From assembly GCA_964016885.1 (NCBI GenBank), contig OZ024745.1, positions 67,580,001 to 67,644,000 on the forward strand: a DNA stretch of 64,000 nucleotides. The letters run 5' to 3'. A model generated the notes under the pieces. The model saw only the letters and a program-made list of their open reading frames with translations. It made no database searches and was not told where the DNA came from. Shown piece by piece: positions 36,858-50,284 of the stretch. Position numbers and translations under genes: made by a program. The DNA is from Eledone cirrhosa. Its lineage: Eukaryota. Numbering within the stretch: position 1 is the first letter of the stretch; each line of letters begins with the position of its first letter.

Positions 36858-37879
36858 TCTTTTACCTGTTCCAGCCATCCGGCTGAGGCCATATATATAT
36901 ATGTGTTTATATATATGTTTATATATATATTATATGTTTATATATATATATGTTTATGTATATATTAGGAGACCAGCAATAATGATGACATAAACCTGAC
37001 AGTGAGATTCAGTGATTTGAGATCAGCTCTCACAACCTCTTCCTTGGTCTTCCTCTACTGTAGCTCCCTTCCACTGGGATTTCTTGGAATATCTTCACCC
37101 AAAGATCATCATCTATAAACATCACATGATCATACCAGCGCAATCTTCTCTCCTGCATACTACATCTGATTCCTCTTATATCTGTAGCAAAATCTGTCCA
37201 CACCTTGACCTCTGGGTAACATTTAACGGTTGTTTTCTAGGTTATCTCCTTTCAGGCATAAACAGGTCTGTGAGTGGACAACCTCTAAAGGTCAGTCCTT
37301 TGTTCTCAAGGCTTGGGGACAGAGGAAGCGATATAAATAGCCTGCCTTGGACCAGCACAGCAGCAGTTCTTGATAGAGTAAATATGTAAAACATTTGCTT
37401 TCTACAGACCTCTTGGGGTCTTACAGACTCTTACTTTCTCTTACTCTCTCTCACTCAAACTCTATCTCTTGGTCTCTCTTAACCAAGTCAGTGAAGTTCA
37501 TGAAGTTTTCTTGGTAAATACAATTTAATTCTACTTTTACAAACAAACAAATGACATACATGATTCCTGTGTATTTTTAGTATAGCTTCAGCATGAACTA
37601 TTTTCAATAAATTAATAATATAGTGGTTTGGTGTCATCGTGGTTCATTTATATATATTCATTTTCTGCGTGATCAAGGAACTATCATATCATCATTATCT
37701 TAATGGACACTTACTCACTTACCTGCACACATGCAACCTTTGGTCACACCGTATCACACAACACAGCAAGCTATAAGTGAGCACACATACAACAAATGAA
37801 TCAACACCACAACACAATCAACTACCAACTACTACCATCAAATCATCGCTATATATCCAGCTTTTCTTGCAGCTCATCC

Positions 37880-38070
37880 AATCCTTTTCATCATAAACAT
37901 TAACATTGCACATCCATCAGAGCATGCTTGTTTCATTTCTTTCTATCCTTCACATATCTCCTGCATTTATTACCTATGTCTCACTACCATACAGCATCGC
38001 ACTTCACACACAGACATCATACAGGTGGCCTTTCTTTATAAGAGAGAAACCTTTTGTAGTCAACAGTGGT
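37880..38070 (-). mobile_element. RTE LINE fragment
   Basis: Similar to 34075-34230 (KGxLYD..V.SAMLYGSET..ERNE.SML.WMCN). Confidence 0.7.
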
Positions 38071-38109
38071 TATATATATATGTGTGTGTGTGTATATTAT
38101 ATATATATA

Positions 38110-38209
38110 CAGGGTGTCCCCCAAAAATGTATACACACTTCAACAGCATTCTAATAAATATTGCCTGTACAGGTAATAAAGTGTGTATACATTTTGGGGG
38201 AACACCCTA
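38110..38209. mobile_element. About 100-bp Tc1/mariner-type MITE
   Basis: About 30-bp TIRs CAGGGTGTCCCCCAAAAATGTATACACACTT within TA context. Confidence 0.8.
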
Positions 38210-39174
38210 TATATATAGAGAGAGAGAGAGAGAGAAATTACATGAATCAAAGTTCAAACTATTTATTCGCTTACAATTATTTCTTCCAAACCGAGGTTTG
38301 GAGTCTTCGGAGCAACTTTTCAATGTTTGTTTACATACATGACCTCCTTTCCAACACAAGAGACATACAGAAACATATGTATATATCGATGCACAGTGGG
38401 TTGACATCCATTATAATATTTTAGCATGGCAATTTACATTCAAAGATTAAAGTCATATTAAAAGAAAATTAAAACAAAATTAAAGTTAAAATACAACATT
38501 GGCAGTTTACGAAGATAATGCAAGAGGATAGTTAGAAGTAGTTAGTGTATGCAATAGTTACACGTGGGGCATGCACGTGTGTCTTATTTATATAAGATTA
38601 TAGTGCGGCAAGGTGTTATATGGAATACAAGCACTTTAAGCGGGCAATCAAATATATTAATACTATATATATATATATAAACATATATATAATTGGAAAT
38701 CAGTAAAATCGAATCTCTGGCGGTTTGCAAGTAAATTTGGCCTACTTATATGAAATGATACATATATATATGTAGCATAACTAATTAGGGAAGGAGTTAA
38801 ATTAGATGAGACAATAGTTGATAGCACCAGCCCTAGCCCTTTACAGGTTGCATTAAATGTGTTTTATCACACTACCTCATTATGACATTATAGTGCTAGT
38901 TGTATTTTTGGTCCGGCTGTGGAGAGAGCAAGCATCAGGATACACATTGCTTGCTGAACCTAATTACTGGTGAAAAGTTGAAAGATGTGTAATAGAATCA
39001 ACATGTTAACTGATTTGTCTCATATATTGACAGTCGATCGACTTTCCTCAAATCAGACCGAGGAAACAATGTTTCCATTGGTCCTTCCAATTGCTAATAC
39101 TATCGCAAATCCAACGTGAAATAAAGTGTCCAGGAATCGAACTCACAACCTCACGATTGCGAATCCAATTCTCT

Positions 39175-39206
<32 letters not shown>

Positions 39207-39208
39207 TA

Positions 39209-40075
39209 CAGGGTGCGGACGATATTTGTTCACAAGATTACTGTCTAGGAAAAAATAACACAGTAGTTTTATTTTTTAAGATATATTTATCAAACTTGGG
39301 TCAGTTCGTCTTCATGACTTGTTCTTTTGATCTCACTCGATAAACCCACCATTGGCTTTGATGACAGCCTCAGAACCGGCTACAGGCCTTCGTCACTGTC
39401 CTCCGACTTAGGCCCCTAAAGGCACTTGTGATCGTCTTTCGTATTGCAGCTAGATCTGTTGGTGTCTCGTTCCACTGCGCCCCACACAAAGAAGACGAGG
39501 GGGTTGCAGTCAGGCGAGCTGGAAGGCCAGATGTCAGGTGAAGTGTGGTCGGCGAAGTTCTCTGACAGCCAGGCTTGGGTCTTTCGGCTGGTATGGCAGG
39601 GTGCTGAGTCTTGCTGCCACACGTACGGCCTACCTGCAGCTACCTGGTCGATCCAGGGCTTTACTACCTCGCTCAGAATGCGGATGTAGCCATCGGTGTT
39701 CAGCTTGAGGCCCTCAGGGAAGAAGTGAGGAAGCATAACGTCACCTTGACTGCTGACGACACCTAAGACCAATGTTGTCGCTGGAAACTTTGTCTGCATG
39801 ACTCTGGGCACGTCTTTGGATGAGACACCATTCTCCTGCTGACGCTGAGAAAGTCTGAAATTTCCTTATTTGTCCTCCCGGCGCGGATTCCAAGAAGAAC
39901 TCTGTGTCTCTTCCACAAATTTGGCGGTTCAAAATTATTCATAATCAATTATTCTGAAAATAAATAATGGAAATATAGTCACTGTTTTTATGAAGACAAG
40001 AGTGACAATGGAAGTAAAAAAAATTTGCATAAAATTAGCAGTTGAAAATTGCGAACAAATATCATCCACACCCTG
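39209..40075 (-). mobile_element. Internally deleted maT (DD37D) Tc1/mariner transposon
   Basis: 27-bp imperfect TIRs CAGGGTGYGGAYGATATTTGTTCRCAA with TA flanks; transposase WQQDSAPCH...WPSSSPDCNPL[V]; 37 residues between the second D and the mutated third D. Confidence 0.9.
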
Positions 40076-40114
40076 TATATATATAAATGGAAACTATATT
40101 TATAAAACCATATT

Positions 40115-40145
<31 letters not shown>

Positions 40146-40251
40146 AAGAAATCATCAGGGCTTAGCTGCCGGACACTGCATCCTTTAAAACCTCCATGTT
40201 TCCTGAAATTTGCCAACACTACACCTGATATTCCCCCTCTATAGACACCCA

Positions 40252-40613
40252 CCAGTATCAGTAGAACGTTAGACACCATGCTTTGCAGCATAGTTATGAC
40301 CCTTTGAGTTCTGAGTTCAAATCCGCCGAGGTTAACTTTGCCTTTCATCCTTACAGGTCGATAGAATAAAGTACCAGTAATGCACTGGGGTAATCGCTGG
40401 CCTTGACCCAAAAGTAGAAACCAGGCGGTGGATTGGCAGTATCGGTAGAAAGTCGGACACCATGCTTTGCAGCATAGAGTTACGGTCCTTTATGATCTGA
40501 GTTCAAATCCCGCCGAGGTTAACTTTGCCTTTCATCCTTACTGGGTCGATAAAATAAAGTACCAGTAATCCACTGGATAATTGCTGGCCTTGTGTCAAAA
40601 GTAGAAACAATTA
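40252..40613 (+). mobile_element. Two tandem SINE family 1 copies
   Basis: Same consensus twice. Confidence 0.85.
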
Positions 40614-41213
40614 TTCTATGTACTATACATACACCCTTGATGAGTTGTAGTGCACCTGAGCACTGTACACAATAATTTCATTTTTTTTTTTATTATTATT
40701 ATTTCTTTCGAATGAAAGTTCTAGTCCTATAGAAGCCATTTCTATAATTTTATATATGTGTGTGCGTGTGTGTATGTATGTATGGAGACGTGTGGCCTAG
40801 TGGAAAGGGCGTTGGACTTACGATCATAATGGCGTGGGTTCGATTCCTTGACCAGGTTATTCTTGAACAAAACACCTCATTTTACATTGCTCCGTTATAC
40901 TCACCCGAAAATGAGTACCAGCAATAGCTGCGGGTTTAACCCTGCGATATATTGGCATCCTATCCAGGAAAGGGGGTGAGGAATCTTGTACCCTTAGTCG
41001 CTTCACGCCACGGAAACTGGGATATGTACCGGCTTGAGGAGCCTCCGAGCATATATATATATATATATATAGGAACGAGTAGGACCCCGACGGGGTCCTA
41101 CTCGTTCCTATTACCCACTCTACTACCCTAAGTATTGAGTACTTTGGTGCGTTATGGTCCATCTGGTTCCTTACCACATTTCCTTCGTTATATATATATA
41201 TATATATATATAT

Positions 41214-41264
<51 letters not shown>

Positions 41265-41519
41265 CGTCAGAAGGAGATTTGTATTCATTCCTTTTTTGAT
41301 AAATTTGTTTCTTTCGTAAATCATATTTATTATAGAAACTGTTTATATGTAAATAAACTTTATCATTTGTACATTATATTTACATATATATATATATATA
41401 TATGTGTGTGAGACCTGTTGTAAAAAAAACAAACAAATTCACAATCCAAATTGAAAATAATGACGTACGTAACTGTCAAAAATTAGTTTCACTCTTGCGA
41501 CCGGCCGTTTTGACGTATG

Positions 41520-41580
<61 letters not shown>

Positions 41581-43210
41581 TTCATTGTATTTTTGCCTGT
41601 CCATGAAAGCACAAACTCGATAAATGACAGAGTTTATCTTCTTTTCAAGACACCAAATATATATTATGTATATTTGTTATTAAAGGGCTGTGAATGCATG
41701 TTAGCAAAGCTTCGACGACAGCGTGACACTCGTGACTTTATTTACATCATAATCATGAACACATATGGAGAAATAAGTTCAATAACCGTGAACACATATT
41801 TGCGAACCTTGTTTCTTCAGTAAACGAATATTACATTTCAAATTTATTTTATTAGTTTCGCTGATTCACGTTGTTTACATGCGTGTGTGTGTGTGAGCAT
41901 ACTGACGTCAGTTCCGGTAAGTTTTGCGATCTCCATTAAGTTTTAATTGTATAGCTTAATTAACTATATATATACTTTGGGGGGTTCTTTAAAACACGAA
42001 TAATTAAAAATGTAGCTAAAAATAAATATGCAATGAGGGAAAAATTATATTCATATTTTTACAAGCGGAAAACAACTCGTTATGATCAAAGCTGAAGAAA
42101 GATATAGATTGATATTCCAGCGACATCTGGTAAACGTATGAAAGTAAAAGAGTACTTGTCCGATCACACCGATTTCTTCGTAAAACTTTCTTCTTAATTT
42201 CATTAAGTACATTTTTTTAAGATTTAAAATTATGAAAAAAAAAAAAAAGAATTATTTATTTATTTTTACACAGAATTGACATTAAGTTACCGTCTCCGGA
42301 ATTACCATAACTGTTTAAATGTTGAACAGGCTGCGTGCGTGTTGGGTTACCTCAAAATTTTCCAATGACACTTGTGGTGTGTGACATTTGATGCATTACG
42401 GGGTGAATTTATGAAGCGGGGTCTTGCGTTTTGATTATATAATTATAAAGTTCCTAACAATAATTAATTGTATTTATTTTTAAAAAATACGTTCTGAATA
42501 TATTTTTTTTTCATTCAATATTCCATGCTCTCTACATATTTCCATTATGCTTGTCTCTCTTGCCATAATCGCTGAATTTGGTTGTTTGGGGTTCAACTAA
42601 ATGTTACATTTAGATAAAATAAATAAAATTGGAAAACATTTTGAAATATTTCCAATCGAATAAATTTATAGATGTCAGTGGGAAAGAATTTTTTCTCGGT
42701 TTTTTCGTGGGCTGGCAATCGATTTTTTCCCCTCAGAACGCTCATTTTCATTAACACGCGAAAAATCCGATTAGGCGGAGTTATCCAAGGAGGTAACTAA
42801 CCCCTCCCCTTCCGTTCTCCCAGCATTTTTGAGGTTATTTTAGTTGATAGCACACGAAAGCAACGAGGAAAACTTGGGGGGGGGGATTAAATCGCCCAGT
42901 TCATTACTGGTGCTTTATTTCATCGACCCGTAAGGATGAACGGCAAAGCGGGATTTGAACTCAAAACGTGAAGGGCTATAACTCTATGCTTCTAAGCATG
43001 TTGTCCGACGCTCTACCAATTCTGCCACATGAAAAGTTTCAGTAAATGAAAACAACAACTATATATATACATACAATAATTAATATATACAATAATTATT
43101 GTTGTGTTTTTTTGTTTTGTTTGTTAGTTTATTTTTTTATTTCATCAATATAAGAAAGTTAGGGAGGAAACGGAGAGAGAAAATTCACAGTTATATAGAG
43201 AGGGCGTATG

Positions 43211-43235
43211 GGCATGCGCAGGCTTCCCTAGCAAC
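43211..43235 (+). promoter_or_regulatory. RFX X-box (GCTTCCCTAGCAAC, 43222-43235) next to an NRF1-like GCATGCGCA motif
   Basis: About 50 bp upstream of the RSPH9 ATG; resembles the X-box consensus GTTNCY(N)RGYAAC typical of ciliary genes. Confidence 0.7.
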
Positions 43236-43285
43236 AGACTGTTTCCAAAATAACAATCGCACTGTGCGTACGAATTTATGAAATA

Positions 43286-46200
43286 ATGGAGTCAAATAAT
43301 TTGATATTGGATGTAAGTTTCTTGGGGAGCTCTGGAATTGTACTGAGTCCTGAGCAGAAAACTTCCCTGCAATCTTCGTTGACTATCTTGAAGTACGAGA
43401 ATAAATTTCAGAAAGTCTATTTTTGGGGTCAAATTAAAACAATACGAGGCAAGTGTTATTATATTGCTTCTGGAGTCGAAGAAGATGATTTTGCACCGTC
43501 AAAGAAATACTTTTATTGGTAAGTTGCTGTTATCTAAATAATTAATGATTGATAGATGTTTAAGCATAACTACAATACAGTGCCTTCCATTTTGTTTCCT
43601 CATAACTTCATTTATTTTATAATGACATTTTGCAGGCATAGATTTACGTAGGTTACGATTATATTGTTGAAATTTATTAAAAAAACTAACAAATGTAAAG
43701 ACTTTATTATTGTATACTTTCGTTCGTTAATGCTTTCATTTATTCTAGGGCGTATTGTTCCGTGGCCGGTCCCTTAGGCCATCCCCTCTCAGACTTCTTT
43801 CTGAGGAAGGATAGAGAGTGAGAAAGAGATATAGATAGAGGACTGTATACAATACATATATTAGATAAAATCAAGCCCCTCCCCCCTCTCTCTCTCTCTC
43901 ATACAAATATATTTTTCATCCCATAGTTTCAATAGAGAGTAGCTCTGTTTTGCCTGCTCTCCCTGTGTCTTTTTGGCAAAAGTCTAAATTTTTCTCTTTC
44001 CAGCATTTCACTGTTACACAATTTACAAAGTCTCACGCTTGGCTTCACATGATGTGGCTTAGTGGTTAGAGAATTGGATTCGCAATAGTAAGGTTGTGAG
44101 TTCGATTCCCGGACCGGACCGAGTGACGTGTTATGTCCTTGAACAAGACACTTTATTTTACGTTATTCTTTCTATCAAAAGTCACAACTGGTAGATAGTG
44201 TCAACAATGGAAACGTTGCTTTCTTGATCCGATTTAATGAGTTCCACCCCACATGGTAAACAAATGAGGTGTCGGATCTTGTCGATCGAATTCCATTCCA
44301 TCTCTTTTTTTACATCAGTCAGAAAACTTTTCTTTACTTATTTCTACTCATAAGACTGTTGTATATTTATTTAATGTTTCCAGTTGAAAGACACTTGCAA
44401 TTTTTCTGTCTGCTTCTATGTCGTTATATTGGTCTCACAGGCATCCTTCCAGTATGTCAATCTTACAATCCATTACACAACATGGTGTTATGCAAATCCC
44501 ACCTTTATGTGCGAAATTGCATTCCAGGAGAACCAATAGTATAATGTTGTTGTTGCTCTATTAATGAAACAACTCACATTGATTCCTTCAAGTAAACGAT
44601 AGCCTAACATTTTGAATTTGTTGTTTGTTTATTTACAGCAATGACGGAATCCACTGGGTTCTTATGCCTTCTGTAGATGAAGAAACAAAGAAAATGAGTG
44701 CAAAAGTCAGGGCAAGATTTACAGGTGATGTGAGCCATGAATTTAAATTTAAAAAAGAGGGAGCAGAAGAGTCAGATGAAGAACTCGATGTAAGTAGAAA
44801 GACATTTATTCTTACACTGGTGTCAATCATTGGACTGAGGCCATACTGGGAAACCATCTTCTAATGTACAGTTAATTAAATTTCTATAATCTTTTTTTTT
44901 TTTTTAGAAAAGACTGAACTTTATTAATAAAAATTTGTTTAAGTTGTAAACAAATCTATTTCAAATAACAACAACACTACAGATATTTAAAAACGGAAAA
45001 TGAAGGGGAGAGCAAGGGATCAATCTATATTCTTAAATTAGTTAATTGCTGCTGTATTTTTTTTTCCAAATTTTCTGATGATCTTGCCATACATGGTGTA
45101 TGGCAGATACATGCATGTCTGTATGGATATATCCATAAACACCACACATACATACATCATCATCATCATCGTTTAACATCCATTTTCCATGCTAGCATGG
45201 GTTAGAGGAGTTGTCCCATTGTGGGGCATGTCAAATCAGGTGACCTGTTTCTGGCTTGGTTTCTCTGACTGGATACCCTTCCTAATGCCAACCACATCTC
45301 AGCATATGATGTCCACCATACTTTCCCACTCTGTGCCATGGATACCAAAAGAACAGCTTTTACAATTTCTCTTCTGAATATCATGCACAACAACTTCACA
45401 GATGGAGTTGACATTCTCTGGTCTTCTCAATGCTGGAAAGTTTCCATACTAGCATTAATTTGTCATATGCTGCTACCACTTCACATGAAAAGCTACATGT
45501 AACATCTTTGTATAGCAACTACCAAGTGTCATATGTGGCATCCTTTAATAGCCCCACGTGGCAATCATCAAGGGTCACATGTAGCAAACAACAAGAGACA
45601 CATGTGGCTGGCAACCGTCGAGGGCCACATGTGGCAAACGTCGAGGGTCATATGTCGTAAATATCGAAGGCCTATGTAGCAAATATCAAGAGCCGCATGT
45701 GGCAATCATTAACATGTGGCCATGTTCGAGAGCCACATGTGGCACCCTTTGTGTAGAAACCATCATGATGAAATAGTTGTTTTTTCCTACTTATGTATTC
45801 CTTTGTGTCACTGATTTCTAGGAATTTGTGAAAGAAGAGGATCGACTGGCATCTGTTGTGCTGGATATTAATTATGATGTGAGAATAGTACCAAGAGGAA
45901 GTTTTATATATACACCAACAGGGAAAGTTGTGACCAATCCCAGTTTTAAAGGTCAGTTTTTAGGTGATAAGGTATTGTTGATTACTTTTGTTGTATATTT
46001 TATTGTTTTATATTATTCATTGTTCAATGTGAAGGCGTGTGGCTGAGTGGTTAGAGAATTGGATTCACAATCTTGAGGTTGTGAGTTCGATTCCTGGACC
46101 GGGCGATGCGTTATGTCCTTGAGCAAGACACTTTATTTCACGTTGCTCCTTCTACCTGGAGTTGCGACCGATAGATAGTACTAGCAACTGGAAAGACCAA

Positions 46201-49200
46201 CGGAAACATTGTTTCCTCGGTCCGATTTGACGAAAGTCGATCGATCCAAAAAAAAAAAAAAATTGTTCAATGTTGGAATGGTGTGCATCTATCTTTCTTT
46301 TTTTTATTCTGTTACTGGTCTCAGTCAGTGAAGGCACCGTGGCCTAGTGGTTAGAGTATTTGGCTCTTTATTTCTCATTGCTCCAGATCATTCAGTTGCA
46401 ACGACATTGGTGCCAAGCTGTATCAGCCTATGCTTTTCACTTTGACAATATATGTGGTGTGGAGAGAAAAGACTGGCATGCTTGAGTGACTGTTGTAGTC
46501 TTCTACAAAAACACCTTGCCCTAGCTCATGTTTTAGAGAGGAACTATCCAGAGGCAGTCATGACTGAGGTGAGAGTGAGTCTCGTGTCACTGGTGTCAGT
46601 CATATGACTGAGGCCATGCTGTAACACTGCTTTGAAAGATTTTTAGTTAATACTACCAAACACAGGACTTTTTTTTTAAAGTCTTGTATTTTATCTTTAA
46701 TTATCATGATTTAAATATACTTTTTTGTTGTTGTTTTTTAACTTTCTATAGGATTGTTTGCAAATGAAGCTGCCAAACTCTATTCCTACATGCATTTCCG
46801 ACCAGCCGTTCGACTGCAGGATAAACCTGTACTAGAAAGAGCGAATATGGATAAATCATTGGACTTCATGGATATTATTGAAGATGATATTCCCAAGGGT
46901 AAAAAACACTTTAACTATTTTGATATCAAGCCTTCATAAACTTCTGGTTCTATGATGCAAAACTGTTTGTTTTAAAGTGTTTGTATTTATCTAAAAATTT
47001 CATTATAATTTGATAAAAGAAACTTTAACCCTTTAGCATTTACATTACTCTGTCAAATGTCATGTTTATCTATTTACATTATTTTGAGTTAATCATACTC
47101 AAGAGGGTTATCAACTATATTTGTTTGTAATTTTGTTAATTTTCTATGTGCAGACTTGAAATTTTGTCAGTAGATGTTTGAATATCAATAATTTACAATT
47201 ATCTACTTTTACCTGTTTTTTTTTTTGTTAAATTTCACTTTCATGGGCAGGTGAAATTAATTAACAGGTGTAAAAGTAATAACTTTATGGATAAACACAA
47301 ACATTTACACTTTATAAGCCTTACTTATTAAGTTTGTTACAAAAATTATCCAACAATGACCTAGATGTTGACTTCCAACAATTTTAGCACTTTTCACGAA
47401 AGGTGAATTAATTTAAAATACAGGTGTAATCTGTACAATGTTTTAGTTTTTCTCTACATTCGAAGCAAATATTTTCATTGAAAAAAGTATAAAACCCTTT
47501 TACCAGTCAAAATAATATTGGCAAAATACTCTTACACAATGTGCAGGGTAGATTTTCATAACAGAATGTGCCCAATATATAAGTTCCCTTAACAGGTGTG
47601 ATACATTGTACTACAGATGTATGTATTTATGAGGGCAAGATCCTCTGCTAGAAGCACCAAAGAAAAAAAACGGTCAAAATATGTGTCTGTATTGAGAGTG
47701 AAAAGGTTCAGTCAGAGACCATACAACATCGTATCCCAATCCATTTTTTTCTCTATTGATTATGTTTTTTCCCCTTGTAAATATCAAAGTTTGCACAGTT
47801 GCCTGTGTCCAATTGACAGAGTTCCCGCACCTTAATGCCCCATTTGGTGGGTTTAGCTGGCATATACTGTCTGAAATGTACCCTAATTTTATAATTGCTT
47901 CATCAACACAGATTTTTTCCAGGTATATATACAGTTTAAAATTTTTCACAATATTTCAATTAATGATCGAACTTTATAGAAAGGATTGTAATTTGATTTA
48001 TTTCTACCGGGGTGCATTTGAAGTATCGACCAGGTGCAGATACTGATTTAATTTCAAATACCATGTTTTTGGCATAATACTTGATATATAAGAGTCACTA
48101 AACCATATATCAGTACTCCAGTAATTCCACAGTCTTGGAAATTGCTTTATTCCAAACATTATATTCATTGAAAAAATGCTCAAATTTCCGCAGCATCTGT
48201 CAATCGCTTTTCCCCAATTTGAAATTTTTTGTTGGGCATATTGATTTGTCTCTTTTGCCACAACTTCAAAGAAAGTTTGTGGCAAAAACAAAAAGAAATA
48301 ATCCAGTGCTTTAGCATCAGGAGGTAATGTGTGTTGTGGACCAATATTTTCAATAAAATTGGGAACATGTATTGGTGTCGTGTTTTTCAACCATGTTGCT
48401 GTAACATTTTCAATGGCGTCCTGGGGATCTTTTTCACTTTCACTATGAAAGCAACAATTGTCATCAGATGAAAATTCAGAAATATGTAATTGCTGGCCTT
48501 GTGCCAAAAGTAGAAACAATTATTATGTGTAGCCAGTTTAGAATAGATACACCACATTGCTGCATGTCATAGGAGACAACTAAAAGGGTTAATGCAGGGA
48601 AGAACATCTAGTAAAAAATATTGTCTCAAAAAGGACTATGATGATTATGAAGCCTATTACGGGGTCAGCAATGCTAACTCGTGATTTAGCAAGGGGGAAA
48701 TGGCCTTAAAACGCTTGTTGTAATGGTTACTAATATATTCAGTGAGCATTTTGAACTGGGGCCGACATTTCACATTTGATCTGAGCCAATTATCAGCTTT
48801 GGGAGATCCACATTTCACATCTGGCTTGGGGCTGTTTACCTTCTCTACACAGATCTGGCCATCCTTTCTATGCTGAGTCAGTGAAAGCATCCATGTCTAA
48901 AGTATCTTTGGTTCTCAAAGTAATAATCTCTTGTACAGAATAAAGCATGATTAAAATACTGATGTTTCTTTGTCAAGACAGAACGATGCTTAATAAATGT
49001 GAAACTGCAGTGAAGGCTGTAAAGAAAGAAAATAAGAATGGTTCAGTAGATGTGTGAAGTATTGCTTAGAGACAGGAAGACAAACAATGAATCATTCAGA
49101 ATGATGGGAATAGTGTCAGTGGTGAATGTTGGGTTGGGTATTTAGGAAGGATGAAAATGACTAGATGAAAGAAGTGATGAATATTGTGAAAAGAAATGGA

Positions 49201-49685
49201 ATGAGATGGCTGGTTCATGTGTTTAGGAAGGATGAAAGTGAATTGCTGAGAAGAATAGAGCCAGTGATGAATGTTGTGGTGAAGGATGAAAGTGACTAGG
49301 TGAGTGGAGTGATGCAAATGAATGTAGAAAGACATGGCTAAAGATGATGGAGAAGGAAATGAAAATTAGGGTGTGCAGTGGATAGGGCAATATGGAGAAG
49401 CTTGTTAAGGGACCAAAACCCCTGTTTAGCATGGAAAAAGCCTTAAAATGCTTATTAACAGAATTATACAGCAAAAGATAGATATATATGTGCCTATGTT
49501 TTATCATTAACTTTGATATTTCAGGTTGCTGGAGCATCCAATTTGAACGTGGTTGTGGTCTGGTTGTAGTCCGAAGTATATTATGGCCTGGATATACATT
49601 CTTTACAAATCCTGGAACATCAAAGTTTGGTTCACTATATTGTGGTACCGGAGAAAAAAATTTTGACCTACCTTTCATGTTGTAA
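43286..49685 (+). CDS. RSPH9: Radial spoke head protein 9 homolog; 5 exons, 273 aa
   Basis: Exons 43286-43518, 44639-44789, 45822-45951, 46752-46898, 49525-49685 (822 nt, in phase). Recognisable RSPH9 motifs: FWGQI..YYIA, RFTGD, KEEDRL..IVPRG, DIPKGCWSIQFERG..LRSILWPG..GTGEKNFDLPFML*. Confidence 0.96.
45470..45745. repeat. Degenerate ~22-bp tandem repeat with palindromic GCCACATGTGGC core in RSPH9 intron 2
   Basis: About 12 units of GAGCCACATGTGGCAAAYATC-like sequence. Confidence 0.75.
47640..48592 (-). mobile_element. piggyBac (PGBD4-like) transposase remnant in RSPH9 intron 4
   Basis: LDYFFLF..ETNQYAQQ..YWSTD..YLHLVD, then VDEAII and KPTKWGIKV in shifted frames; end ...AAAAGGG-TTAA (48589-48592); another TTAA-CCCTTTAG end at 47025. 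Confidence 0.8.
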
Positions 49686-49720
49686 AAAAACGTCAGAAGA
49701 GATGTGACAGAATTATTTCC

Positions 49721-49726
49721 AATAAA
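49721..49726 (+). terminator. Candidate polyadenylation signal of RSPH9
   Basis: AATAAA 35 nt after the stop codon. Confidence 0.55.
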
Positions 49727-49944
49727 ATCTACCGGCAATATATTCATAATGTATTTAGTCATCAATTCATACATCTTTCCAGCCAGCTATATATCATCAT
49801 CATTTAATGTTTATATTTCTGCACTTGCATGGGTTTGATGGGTTTTCGCATTATGAGACAAATCAAGTCAGGAGACCATGTTATGCTCATACGGATCTGT
49901 ATTTTATCCTAGTTTCTACTGTTGGATGCCCTTCCTAATGCACA

Positions 49945-50140
49945 TTACAGTGTGGACTAGGTGATTTATATCATGGCACCAAAATGACCATCTAACAGGG
50001 TGGACTAGGGGCTTTTTGATGTGTCACCAGCATGACCACCTTACAGGGTGGACTGGGCGCTTTTTGATGTGTCACTAAAATGGCCACCTTACAGGGTGGA
50101 CTGAGTGCTTTTTCTTGTGTCACCAACATGACTAACTTAC
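49945..50140 (-). repeat. ~45-bp tandem repeat, also at 24040-24250, 16280-16380 and 31300-31360 on the plus strand
   Basis: Unit like GTGYCACAAAAAGCRCCCAGTCCACMCTGTAARGTGGTCA; part of the RTE/SINE 3' region. Confidence 0.65.
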
Positions 50141-50284
50141 CAATAGCTATCAATGGTTACTCTAAATCTCACCTTGTTATATGTTGATCAAATAAAAAGA
50201 GGTGGATTGACAGAACAGAGTTCCAAGATTAGTTTGCTTTCTATATCTGTTCAGTTGTGTGTATCTGTCCAGCTCTGTATATCT

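Noticed and set aside
40145-40170. CTGATGA core on the minus strand
   Set aside because: Cut off by (TA)n before any GAAA or stem III; only a remnant.
47025-48592. A single intact piggyBac bounded by the two TTAA-CCC ends
   Set aside because: The ends share only about 8 bp and the transposase is fragmentary; probably two separate remnants.
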